From: a virus
Lineage: Duplodnaviria; Caudoviricetes
Direction: 5' to 3' (one strand)
Virus record (IMG/VR): IMGVR_UViG_3300027973_000066
Location: 1-58,196 of that record
Length of the DNA stretch: 58,196 bases
Shown: one piece after another, positions 18,911 to 28,594 of the stretch
How the letters are laid out: the number at the start of each line of letters is the position of its first letter
Position numbering within the stretch: the stretch's first letter is position 1
The notes under the pieces: model-generated
Seen by the model: only the letters and a program-made list of their open reading frames with translations
What the model was told of the DNA's origin: nothing
The model's database searches: none
Translations under genes and position numbers: made by a program

Positions 18911-20629
18911 TTACTTACGGGGCGGCTTCAACCCGTAAGCATCAATCTTCTCCAAGCGGCCTTCACCGCCACCAGCACCAGCGTGCATCTTCGGGTAGAT
19001 GCGACCGCCAGCCTTGCGAGCAGGGGGCTTCAGGCCATAGGCGTCGATCTTCTCAAGCCGACCTTCGCCACCGCCGGCACCAGCGTGCATCTTCGGATAG
19101 ATGCGGCCACCAGCCTTACGACCAATGGGAGGCATCATGCCGTCTGGGCCACCAGGAGGGGGCGGCATAGGCATGGGGGGCATGCCACCACCACCAGGAG
19201 GCGGCATGGGCATCGGCATCGGAGGCATGCCACCAGGAGGGCCACCAGGGCCGCCAGGAGGCATGGGAGGAGGAACAGGGATAGGAAGGCCCTGGGGCGG
19301 GCGGGGCGGCATAGCGCCCGGCTGCTGGCCACCAGCGTTGATGCTGATAACGATGTTTGTCTTGCCCTTGCCGCCCTTGGCAGGCTTCTTCTTGGTGCTG
19401 CCAAACAGGCCACCACCATAGGCGCGGGCTTCACGGCCACCAGTCGGGCGAGTGCCGCCAGTGTAGTTGATCTCGCCGCCGTGAGCTTTGGCCGTCTTCT
19501 TGGCTTTGCCGCCGCGCTTCATGCCCTCAAGGCCGGCCTCACGAGCAAGCTGCCCGCGCCGGTTCATGATATTATTCATTATGTCCCCTTGAGAACCCGG
19601 GGATTGGTCCATGGTGGAAACAAAGCGGCCACCATGCTTGTTTGTCTCTTGATAAAGCCTATTCAATTCATCAGCCGACATTTCGCGCGATGCCGGAGCA
19701 GTAGCACGAGGGCGGGAAGGCGCACGTGGCGCAGAAGCGGCAGGGCGGGAAGGCGGCGGGGGAGCGGGACGTGCAGCAGCGGCAGAAGGAGCGGCGGCAG
19801 CATCAAGAACACCCTGTTCGCCAGCAAATCCGCGAGGCTTTGGCGCGAGTGGATTTTCTTCGCCGGCAAACATGCGTTCAGGGCGCGAAGGATCGGGGCG
19901 CGAAGCCATGGCGCGAGCCATATTTGCTTCGCGCATCCGCAAATCTTGAGCGACATCACCGCCGCCCATTTTATGAGCCCGGCCACCCTTCTTTAAGCCC
20001 TTAGCCGACTGCTGCCGGTCGTGCTTCTCATCCAGCTTGGACTTCTCCCAAGCCTCCATCTTCATGCCATGCTTCTTGGCCAGCTTCTTATCCTGCTCAA
20101 GGTCAGCCTTGGAGTGTTCCCACTCCATCTCGCTCACCTTCCCGCCCTTCTTCATCCCAACCATCTGGCCCACGCGGCTGCTGGTGGGCTGGAAGCCCAT
20201 GCGCGCAGTGGGCACCTTGGACTGAGCGTCCAGAACGCGAGGATCTGCATTGCCGCCGTCAGCGCGCTTCATACGCCCGCCGCGCTTCATTCCACCAACG
20301 TGAGGCTTGCCAAGCTCGGCATTGGCCTCCTTCACGTTGCGGTTGATCTTGGCGTCAACGTACTCCTTGACCGAACCACCAGCCTTGCGGGGCTTGCGGT
20401 CAGAACGAGGCGCAGAGCATGAGCCCTCGGCCATCATGCCCACCTTGCCGCCGTTCTTGAACTGCCGGCGAGACACAGGCCGCAGGCCTGTCTTCGCTTC
20501 GGTGTTCATCATCTCGGGCGGCGTCCAGGTGGAAGCATCCACCTTCTGCTTGGGGTCACCGGCAGAACCAAGGCGCTTGGCCTTGGCATCCCTGGCGGCC
20601 CGAACGGCCTTGGCGCTTGTGTCAGACAT
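18911..20629 (-). CDS. Low-complexity basic protein with many xxGG motifs (putative internal head protein)
   Basis: 572 aa; more than 10 [FMRK][KA]xGG motifs, a poly-Pro/Met tract and a C-terminal tandem duplication. Confidence 0.75.
   Translation of the reverse strand: MSDTSAKAVRAARDAKAKRLGSAGDPKQKVDASTWTPPEMMNTEAKTGLRPVSRRQFKNGGKVGMMAEGSCSAPRSDRKPRKAGGSVKEYVDAKINRNVKEANAELGKPHVGGMKRGGRMKRADGGNADPRVLDAQSKVPTARMGFQPTSSRVGQMVGMKKGGKVSEMEWEHSKADLEQDKKLAKKHGMKMEAWEKSKLDEKHDRQQSAKGLKKGGRAHKMGGGDVAQDLRMREANMARAMASRPDPSRPERMFAGEENPLAPKPRGFAGEQGVLDAAAAPSAAAARPAPPPPSRPAASAPRAPSRPRATAPASREMSADELNRLYQETNKHGGRFVSTMDQSPGSQGDIMNNIMNRRGQLAREAGLEGMKRGGKAKKTAKAHGGEINYTGGTRPTGGREARAYGGGLFGSTKKKPAKGGKGKTNIVISINAGGQQPGAMPPRPPQGLPIPVPPPMPPGGPGGPPGGMPPMPMPMPPPGGGGMPPMPMPPPPGGPDGMMPPIGRKAGGRIYPKMHAGAGGGEGRLEKIDAYGLKPPARKAGGRIYPKMHAGAGGGEGRLEKIDAYGLKPPRK
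18918..19121 (-). repeat. Tandem duplication of a 34-codon unit (RKAGGRIYPKMHAGAGGGEGRLEKIDAYGLKPP x2)
   Basis: Identical peptide in both copies, with synonymous DNA differences. Confidence 0.85.
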
Positions 20630-20741
20630 TGGCAGTCTCCATGGAGTTACGGGCGTCCCCGTTCTGGCATTGCCAGTCAGAAAGCAATAACGCTTTCTGA
20701 CGTTTTACAACAACAGTTTATTCACTCGTTGGGATTGCGGT

Positions 20742-23700
20742 CTAGTATGACACGTTGTTGGCGTTGATACTGTTCGCCCCAGCCAACGAAATCGTCCCAT
20801 TTGCCACGTTGCCTACGCAGGCAGTGTAATCTGCGCCAAAGGCTTCCAACACCGAAGGCGAAACCGCCACGCTATCAAAGATATTGCCGTTCACAGAAAC
20901 TTGTAGTGAACTCAGAAGATAAAGATCAACGTTGGTGTTGGCGACAAAATAGCAACCCATAAATGAATGTTTTGAACCAGATACCACTGCTCCAAAATAT
21001 GAGTTGCTAATCTGGCAGGATGAAAATGACACCCCAGAGCAAGAAGCATTAATTTGAACAGCCGGCTGAGCTGGGCTTGCCCCAGCGGTGGCAAACTCTG
21101 ACGCTGAAAATTTCCAGTTTGTCGATGACGCCATGATCAATGCGCCGCCTGGGCATGTGGTGAAGGAACACGCGGCAGCGTCTCCCCAATCCTGCCCATT
21201 GATATTAAGCCCAACATTTTGGCCGTTTGTTGAGCAAGATGATAGGCGCACACCCTCATCAAACGCCCCAGCGCCGCCATTTATATAAAACCCACTGCCG
21301 CTTCCATTTTGAACTTTACAAGAAACAATGTCTGTGTCGGCGCAATTGTCGATAAAAACACCGTTGACGACACTGGAGATGAACATGTTTGATATGTAAG
21401 TGTTGGCGCAATACCGTAAATATACGCCATTGTTAAATGCGCCTTCAATGTTCAAATCATTTATTCTAATCTGAGAACATCTGATTGCGGAGGAGGTGCC
21501 GTCAATAACTATGGCGTTGCAGTTTGTTTTTGAATTTACCAAAAGCTTCATTCCAGCAACGCCAAACCCTGTTTTTATGGAGGTGGCCGCTGCATAATAG
21601 AAGATTGACGTGTTGTTTGCCGCGCACAAAAGCAAGGTAGCTTGAGGCCCCGCACCGTACAAAATCAATCCTGCTTTAAGGGTCAATGAGTTTACTAGGT
21701 AAGACCCTGCTGGAAAGTAAAGCACTCCAGAAGCTGCATTGATGGCGTTTTGGATCGCGGTGGTGTCATTTGTGACGCCGTCACCAACAGCGCCAAAGTC
21801 TTTCACGCTAAAAGTGTCAGCAGCTTTAGATTGCCAAGTGCGGGTGGTCGCGCCAGATCCAGTCTGCAAAAAGCCCTGAAAGGTTGCAGCCACCGCCCCA
21901 TTGCCGGTGTAGGCGTAGCCTGTTGGGCCAGTAGGCAGGCTTGCAGACCCAGGAGCGCCAGTGGGGCCTGTAGGGCCAGTGGGGCCGCCAGCAGGACCAG
22001 TAGGCCCTGTAGGACCTGTTGGACCAGAACCAGTAGGGCCAGTAGGACCAGTAGGACCGCCAGACGGGCCTGTGGGGCCTGTAGGGCCTGTGGGGCCACT
22101 AGAGGTAATGCCCTGAACAAATTTGTTTGTGCCGGTGCCGCCATCGGAAATGTTAGCAATAATGTTGTTGTTAATGACGTTACCAACTATCTGATAATAA
22201 TCAGACGGGCCAGAATTAACAAAAACACCGTAGGCTTGAGTGGTTCCTACGCCAGTAAACGAAGTGTCATTGGTAATGTTGTTTCCTGTAATGGAAAATT
22301 TAGAAATGCCGGAACCAACACCAACTCCCGCGCAACCCGGAGTTACAGTAGAATTAAGGGTAATAATGTTGTTGTTTATGCCAGATCCAAAACCAGCATT
22401 TAACAAAATGCCAAATTGAGCATTTCCCCAAATGCGGGTATTGGTGACCAAAAGCTCGCTACGCCAACTGTTGTTTGTAACAATGCCATTTCCTGTAAAA
22501 CTAGAACCAACCCAGCTTGTGGTAAGGAAGCAGCCTTCACCGCCATAAAGGCGGATTGCGTCATTCCATTGGTGATCGCACTCTAAATCAAAAGCATGCA
22601 ACCATGTTGGGAACGAATAAGACTCAAGAGTGTATGGTGCCCCTACACTGTCTTGCATCAAGACAGCAGTGCCACCCCACAAAAACGCAGAAGCTTCAAC
22701 AATTAAGCTGTGGGCATAAGAATCGTAAATAAGATGTATAAAGCTGGTTGAGCCAATTGTTACTTCAGAATTGTCCATAACAACACGAGAAATGACGCCT
22801 CTAAAACTACCAAGCTCAACAGTTCCATAGTATTTAATGCCGTAGGTTCCGTAAAAGGCGCGTAACTCACAGTCAACTATCTGGTTTCCGGTGCCCCACA
22901 TGGAGATTCCGTTGCCCGTGCCGGTAATCTTGCATGTTCTTACTTCACAAAAGTATGCGTTGTTTTCAAAAACAACTGCGTGTCCGCTTGTTAAATTGCT
23001 TGAACCGGTTTTCCGCCGGATATTGATTGACTCAATGATGCAGTGCTGCAAACCCGAAATGGTAATGACGGCATTACCGCTCGTGCCATCCCACTCAATG
23101 ATCGTCAGCCAGCCAGCGCCGCTTTCGCCGTAGATCCTCTGGCCGTTGGACACCATCGTCAGGCCAGTAACCACCCGGTAGTTACCCGGTGGCAGATAGA
23201 CGTTCTTCCCCGTGTTCAGCGCAGCCTGGATGGCGGCTGAATCATTCGTAGTGCCATCACCAACCGCACCAAAATCCAACACTGAAACAAAATCAGCCGC
23301 CTTATTCTGCCAAGTGCGGGTGACTGCGCTTGTCCCAGGCTGCAAGAAACCCTGAAAGGTAGCGCCGGTGGCCCCATTCCCGGTATAGGCGTAGCCTGTT
23401 GGACCAGTGGGCAAATTAGCAGCGCCAGAAGGCCCTGTGGCACCAGTAGGACCAGTAGGCCCAGTGGGTCCAGTAGGGCCTGTAGGACCAGTGCCAGTAG
23501 GTCCAGTGGGCCCAGTAGGACCAGTAGGCCCAGTGGGTCCAGTAGGGCCTGTAGGACCAGTTCCAGTAGGCCCGGTGGGGCCAGTAGGCCCAGGAGGCCC
23601 TCCAGACGGTCCTGTGGGCCCCGTGGGGCCGGTAGCACCAGCGCCAGTAGGCCCAGTAGGGCCCGTTGGCCCAGTAGGTCCAGTGGCTCCAGTAGCACCA

Positions 23701-24095
23701 AACCCAGTAGGCCCCGTAGACCCAGTGGGGCCCGTTGGCCCAGTAGGTCCAGTGGCACCCGTAGGCCCGGCTGGCCCACCAGAGGGGCCTGTTGCTCCAG
23801 TAGGCCCTGTAGGCCCCGTAGGGCCAGTAGCGCCGGCTCCAGTAGGCCCAGTGGGCCCCGTAGGGCCAGGAGGGCCACCAGACGGCCCAGTGGGCCCCGT
23901 AGGCCCTGTAGCACCACCACCAGCAGCGCTAATCGTCACCCGCCCAGGCGTTGTGGTGCTATCAATCGTGACATTGGTGCCAGCAGTCAGGGTCGAGAGA
24001 GCAAACCCCGCCCCATTGCCAATAGGGATCTGCCCAGCAGCAGGGGTCTTAACAATCTCTAACTTGGGGCCGAAGACGCCAATGTCGTTAGCCAT
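20742..24095 (-). CDS. Collagen-linked spike with two pectate-lyase-3 / beta-helix domains (putative depolymerase)
   Basis: GPT collagen runs; two [11 protein letters not shown]..ND..AIQ.A motifs, each followed by parallel beta-helix repeats. Confidence 0.85.
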   Translation of the reverse strand: MANDIGVFGPKLEIVKTPAAGQIPIGNGAGFALSTLTAGTNVTIDSTTTPGRVTISAAGGGATGPTGPTGPSGGPPGPTGPTGPTGAGATGPTGPTGPTGATGPSGGPAGPTGATGPTGPTGPTGSTGPTGFGATGATGPTGPTGPTGPTGAGATGPTGPTGPSGGPPGPTGPTGPTGTGPTGPTGPTGPTGPTGPTGPTGTGPTGPTGPTGPTGPTGATGPSGAANLPTGPTGYAYTGNGATGATFQGFLQPGTSAVTRTWQNKAADFVSVLDFGAVGDGTTNDSAAIQAALNTGKNVYLPPGNYRVVTGLTMVSNGQRIYGESGAGWLTIIEWDGTSGNAVITISGLQHCIIESINIRRKTGSSNLTSGHAVVFENNAYFCEVRTCKITGTGNGISMWGTGNQIVDCELRAFYGTYGIKYYGTVELGSFRGVISRVVMDNSEVTIGSTSFIHLIYDSYAHSLIVEASAFLWGGTAVLMQDSVGAPYTLESYSFPTWLHAFDLECDHQWNDAIRLYGGEGCFLTTSWVGSSFTGNGIVTNNSWRSELLVTNTRIWGNAQFGILLNAGFGSGINNNIITLNSTVTPGCAGVGVGSGISKFSITGNNITNDTSFTGVGTTQAYGVFVNSGPSDYYQIVGNVINNNIIANISDGGTGTNKFVQGITSSGPTGPTGPTGPSGGPTGPTGPTGSGPTGPTGPTGPAGGPTGPTGPTGAPGSASLPTGPTGYAYTGNGAVAATFQGFLQTGSGATTRTWQSKAADTFSVKDFGAVGDGVTNDTTAIQNAINAASGVLYFPAGSYLVNSLTLKAGLILYGAGPQATLLLCAANNTSIFYYAAATSIKTGFGVAGMKLLVNSKTNCNAIVIDGTSSAIRCSQIRINDLNIEGAFNNGVYLRYCANTYISNMFISSVVNGVFIDNCADTDIVSCKVQNGSGSGFYINGGAGAFDEGVRLSSCSTNGQNVGLNINGQDWGDAAACSFTTCPGGALIMASSTNWKFSASEFATAGASPAQPAVQINASCSGVSFSSCQISNSYFGAVVSGSKHSFMGCYFVANTNVDLYLLSSLQVSVNGNIFDSVAVSPSVLEAFGADYTACVGNVANGTISLAGANSINANNVSY

Positions 24096-24100
24096 ACTAG

Positions 24101-27100
24101 TTAACCCCTATGCCGCATTGAGGCTGTTAGCTGCAAAGCGCGAACCAGACCGGGATCTAGGCTGGCTTGTTTCGTTTGATGGCGCGCATTTGTTTGCCCA
24201 CCCCACCTGCGATAAACAGGCGGTGCGCCGGGACTTCCTTGTGAAACTCCCTGGCTTCCAGTTGAGTTTTCATCGCCCGCGCCGAAGCGCTGTCTATGCC
24301 ATTGTGCTTGACGGCCAACTGGTACATTTCCAGCAAGGTGTCTTTCATATTCATCCTCCATTGCTACTTGGGTGTCGTACTCAACATATTTAGCATGCGA
24401 TACGCCATCAAATTTTGTAATTTCGTCAATAGCCCGCAGCATATCTCGTTTAGCTTTTTCGGAGCCTCCAGGACTACCCCCTAGTTCAGGAATGTACTGA
24501 AGGCGCAATCCGACATATTGCCCGTGTGGTGCGCCGCCGGCAAGCCTGTCTTTTGCGCGAAAATCCGTCACAAAGGTAAAGCCGGCGTCTATGCCAAGCT
24601 CATTTATTACCTTTGTGAGCGACTCAGTCGCTTTATCATCGAGCTTCTTCGTGAAGTAAACTTCCATGCCTGGGTTGGCGTTTTCTACGGCACCAGGAGA
24701 AACAACCTCAGACAAAAAGACCGCCTGCTGGTTGCGGCGCTGGCCTTCGCCAACAATGGATTTCCATGTGTTTGCCGGATCAAAATTTTGTCTGGTGACA
24801 AACTCAAGATCGTAGGCTTTCTCATCATAGATGTTCCCAGTGGGGTCAATGTAGCGACCACGGCTCGGGGTAGCCTTGGACATTATGACGCCAGGGGTGG
24901 AATTGACCGCCTGCCCAATGGCCGACTGGCCTTCAGCAAAAACTTCTGGTGTGGCAGGGTTTTCTTCCCGGTCAGGTGACAGGCCGCCAACAAAACGCCG
25001 CGCAACAGCCTGCATATCGTTCAGTTGCTGCGTTGCTGACGTGCGTGTTTCTTGCGCCTTCTGCTCAAGCGCACCCAGTTTCTGTTCAGCAGCAGGATAC
25101 TTTTGGATTGTGCTGCCGGCGGCTTTGGCAGTGCCCAAAATGCTCTTTGCCAACTCAACCGCTTGGGTTCTGTCGGTTATACCCATCCGCTCCATAACAG
25201 CATCGCGCTGCTTTGCGGATGTGCCATGCTCAAGAATCCATTTGTTTTCATCATACGCTTTTTGGGCGGCTTCTAACGGAGCCTTGTCGCTCAAGAAATT
25301 TGAAATCTTCCGGCGATCAGTAGCGGTGGTGTCATTTTCAGATTGCTGCCGAAGCTCTTTTAGCTTTGCCCTATCAGGCACGCCGGCAAAATTAGCTTCT
25401 TGCTCAAAAGAACCGCCCTCGCCTGTCTTGTTGGTCCAATCATTCTTAGTCCAATGTTCCTTTTCTAGGAACCAAACGATAGCTTGCAGATCATCATCGC
25501 CCAGGCCGGCAAAACGCGGGTCTTTACGAAGCTCTTTAGCCGCGTTTTGGAACGCCTGCTGCCCAAAACCAAACTCTCCTCCAGTTTGGATGCCAGTCTT
25601 TAGAGGATCAGCCAGATAAGAGCCTGAAACGCCGCTTTCTGAGGCGGTAGGAACAGGTTTCATTCCAGTCATACGGCGAAGGAACCTAGCAGCCCACAAA
25701 TCAATCGTGGCTTTGTCGGAATATCCAATCAAATTGCCGGTAAAATTAGGGGTTTTGGGGCTATCGCCAGCTTTCCGTTCGCGAAATTTGTCCAAAAACG
25801 CCATCATAGTTGCGGGTGTATTGGCATTAAAAAGCGTTCTGCCATCAGCCTTTGTAATTAAAGGAAATTCGCCTTCTTGGGCTTTTTGAAATGCAATGTC
25901 TTTGGCACGCTTTTGAATTTGCTTTTCATTGGTCAAGCCTTCTGATCTTGCCTGCTCGGTTGCAGCAGGCAGTGCCGCCTTCAGGTCATTCAAATGGCCG
26001 TTGATGTACCCCTTGCCGGCGGCAACGGATGCGCTTCCCATTTCGCCGCCATTATCAACCCAATCTTGCAGCTTGCCCAAGGCGCGATCATAAGATCCGC
26101 GTGAAAATTCAGACAGCGCTTCGATGGTGTTATCCCAGTTTTGACGAACGCCTGTTTGCGCGCTGGTGGCACCAAGGGTGTCTGCCATGATGTCGGCAAA
26201 ACCGCCGTACTCCTGGCGCAGCCGGTCGCGCATAGCTCGGTACCAATTGCGAGCCTTCATGATCACCGAAGCGTTTTTATCTCCAGCATCTTCGCGATTA
26301 GCAACTTCTTTGACGGCCTTAACAATGTTTTTGGTCACACGGTTAAGATGGGCCGGGTCCCAATCCGTTGCGCCCGTGCGCTGGTCTTTAGTGTCTTTGG
26401 GTTTGTGGAAGTTATAGGCTTGCTCTTGAACTTTTAGTTCTGGATAACCTTCCGCATCTCGCACAACTTTTTTTTCATTATCTATTTGAGCGCCAACAAT
26501 GTTAAACGGGGCCCATTCTGATGTTGGAAAACGGTTTTTTAGTCTACGATAAGAATACTCCACCTCTTCGGGGGTCAGTTTATGCGTTTGTGCAATTTGA
26601 TTAATTATTTGCGTGTCTTCTGGCGCAAGCTTTGCTTTGACTTCTTTTCTTTTGCCACGGTTAATGTTGAAATTAAAGTCTTCGGTTGTTTGGGTTACAG
26701 GCTGGTCGGCAACTGCCTTTGGCATCAAATTAGCCTGCGGCGCAGGCTGCGCTTGCGGCAACACTTGCTGCGCCATCTGCACAGGGTTTGGCTGCGCCTG
26801 CTGGGTGAGGCCTAGAGCCTTCTGCACAACAGGATCATCTTCGCCGCCGCCAGTGCCGTATCCGATCCTGCCGCCCGAAGAGCGGCCATACTGCTTGTGG
26901 ATCTTCTCCATAACCTTCCGGTCTTCGGGGGTGATGAAGTCTTCCGCGCCTTCATGCGCCGTCCAGGCCGGCATGATGCCCACCTTTTGGGGTGCGAACA
27001 CCGTGTCTTCTGTGCTTGCGTTGCGGTTGTTTTCGCCGTGGGGGCCAAAGTTAAGCCAGCTATTCTGGCCTCGCGTCTCGCTGGTCAGGGCAAGGCGAGC

Positions 27101-28594
27101 TAAGGGCGAATACATTGAAGCATGAGAACGCCACGCATTTTCTTCACCATCACTTCGAAAGCCTGAACCTTCTTTGGCGTGGCCAAAGTAGTCATGCACG
27201 GCGCGGAAGACATCGTTTACGGTGACAGGAATGCCATTCCAATATTCTCCAGTGTGAGCAAGAAGAGGGTTTCTTTTTACATCTTCTGGAGAAATTTCTT
27301 TTGAACCAAACCCAAATTGCGTAGGAAACACATACATATGATGGTTTTCATTTATGTCTTTAATTACCAAACGCGGGGATGCTTCGTAGGGGTTTTTTTC
27401 TTTTTCAGGGTTCCAAAAACTAAGTTTTAACCCAGCGGCTTTTGCCGCCCGATACTGCGCCATAGTTTCCTTAACCATAGCATCGTAAGCTGCCTTCACC
27501 AGAGGATGGTTGGCATTGTCTTCCATCTGTTCGTATTCATTAGAAATACGCTTGCCGCGCGTTAGATCAACTTTGGCGTATTTCTTCGGTGGATTATACG
27601 GAAGGCCGGCATCCCGCATATATTGTTCGGCAACGGAACGAACCAAGTGGTTAGGCCCAGCCGTGATTACCTCACCCGTGGAGGGGATTTTTATGCGCGT
27701 GGGAAGACCTTCGAGAGGTGCTTGATGCTGTGAAGGAACGACTCCTTCGCCTCCTGGTAGGCTTCGTCCGAAGGGTAGTTCTCCCGCTTGGGAGCCAGCT
27801 TCGCTATGTGTGGGGGCATTTTGACCGACATATGTATCTCCATGGTTAAGCACTGATCCGACAGGCGGTAGCATGCTTCCCTGCGTCAGGTCGAGGGCCT
27901 GTGGTGCAATATGATCATCGCCACCACCGCCGGCATAGCCAATCCTACCACCCCCTGCCTTCCCAGGCACAGCCTTCGCCTGAACGCCCTTCGCCGTCAG
28001 GAGGGCGGCGCGGATCTTCTTATCGGGGCTGCCAATCCGCCCGCCACGGGCGTTGCCGGCGCTGCCGGTGTAGTCACCGTTGTAGCTTTCATTGCGAGCA
28101 GCACGCGCCTCACGCGCCGCAGTCTCATCAAGCTCCCGCTGGTGGTTCTCGGCCCACGTCTTGTCAGCAAGCTGCCTTGAGGGATCAGCGGCAGGGTTGA
28201 ACTGGTACGTGTTCCGCAACTGGAAGTCGTTCGCACTCTGCACCGGATTGTAGTTGCTAACCGGCGCGCCTCCCTGCTGGCCGAACAGGCCGGCGATGCT
28301 GCGGAGGAGGGAGGAATAGTCAGGCTGGCCATTCATATTGAACTGTTGCTGGCCGCCCATGTTCGGCTGTTGTTGAGGCTGAGGATAGTAGGCGTTGCTG
28401 GAAGGCATCTGCCTGATGCCTTGGCCCCCTTGGAACTGCTGCTGTTGCTGGAACTGCTGGAACGGGTTGCCACCGCCCCCCTGGTTCGCCATGCCACCAT
28501 ACTTGCCAGTGCCAGACTGAGGCATCACCTGCGTGCTGATGTCATTGCCGGCAGACTGTGGGGCCGCCTGAGCCCCTGGAACACCACCACCCAT
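24101..28594 (-). CDS. Large multidomain (polyvalent-type) protein, probably virion-packaged
   Basis: 1497 aa coupled to the portal stop (TAATG); globular domains separated by GGRIG linkers. Confidence 0.75.
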   Translation of the reverse strand: MGGGVPGAQAAPQSAGNDISTQVMPQSGTGKYGGMANQGGGGNPFQQFQQQQQFQGGQGIRQMPSSNAYYPQPQQQPNMGGQQQFNMNGQPDYSSLLRSIAGLFGQQGGAPVSNYNPVQSANDFQLRNTYQFNPAADPSRQLADKTWAENHQRELDETAAREARAARNESYNGDYTGSAGNARGGRIGSPDKKIRAALLTAKGVQAKAVPGKAGGGRIGYAGGGGDDHIAPQALDLTQGSMLPPVGSVLNHGDTYVGQNAPTHSEAGSQAGELPFGRSLPGGEGVVPSQHQAPLEGLPTRIKIPSTGEVITAGPNHLVRSVAEQYMRDAGLPYNPPKKYAKVDLTRGKRISNEYEQMEDNANHPLVKAAYDAMVKETMAQYRAAKAAGLKLSFWNPEKEKNPYEASPRLVIKDINENHHMYVFPTQFGFGSKEISPEDVKRNPLLAHTGEYWNGIPVTVNDVFRAVHDYFGHAKEGSGFRSDGEENAWRSHASMYSPLARLALTSETRGQNSWLNFGPHGENNRNASTEDTVFAPQKVGIMPAWTAHEGAEDFITPEDRKVMEKIHKQYGRSSGGRIGYGTGGGEDDPVVQKALGLTQQAQPNPVQMAQQVLPQAQPAPQANLMPKAVADQPVTQTTEDFNFNINRGKRKEVKAKLAPEDTQIINQIAQTHKLTPEEVEYSYRRLKNRFPTSEWAPFNIVGAQIDNEKKVVRDAEGYPELKVQEQAYNFHKPKDTKDQRTGATDWDPAHLNRVTKNIVKAVKEVANREDAGDKNASVIMKARNWYRAMRDRLRQEYGGFADIMADTLGATSAQTGVRQNWDNTIEALSEFSRGSYDRALGKLQDWVDNGGEMGSASVAAGKGYINGHLNDLKAALPAATEQARSEGLTNEKQIQKRAKDIAFQKAQEGEFPLITKADGRTLFNANTPATMMAFLDKFRERKAGDSPKTPNFTGNLIGYSDKATIDLWAARFLRRMTGMKPVPTASESGVSGSYLADPLKTGIQTGGEFGFGQQAFQNAAKELRKDPRFAGLGDDDLQAIVWFLEKEHWTKNDWTNKTGEGGSFEQEANFAGVPDRAKLKELRQQSENDTTATDRRKISNFLSDKAPLEAAQKAYDENKWILEHGTSAKQRDAVMERMGITDRTQAVELAKSILGTAKAAGSTIQKYPAAEQKLGALEQKAQETRTSATQQLNDMQAVARRFVGGLSPDREENPATPEVFAEGQSAIGQAVNSTPGVIMSKATPSRGRYIDPTGNIYDEKAYDLEFVTRQNFDPANTWKSIVGEGQRRNQQAVFLSEVVSPGAVENANPGMEVYFTKKLDDKATESLTKVINELGIDAGFTFVTDFRAKDRLAGGAPHGQYVGLRLQYIPELGGSPGGSEKAKRDMLRAIDEITKFDGVSHAKYVEYDTQVAMEDEYERHLAGNVPVGRQAQWHRQRFGAGDENSTGSQGVSQGSPGAPPVYRRWGGQTNARHQTKQASLDPGLVRALQLTASMRHRG

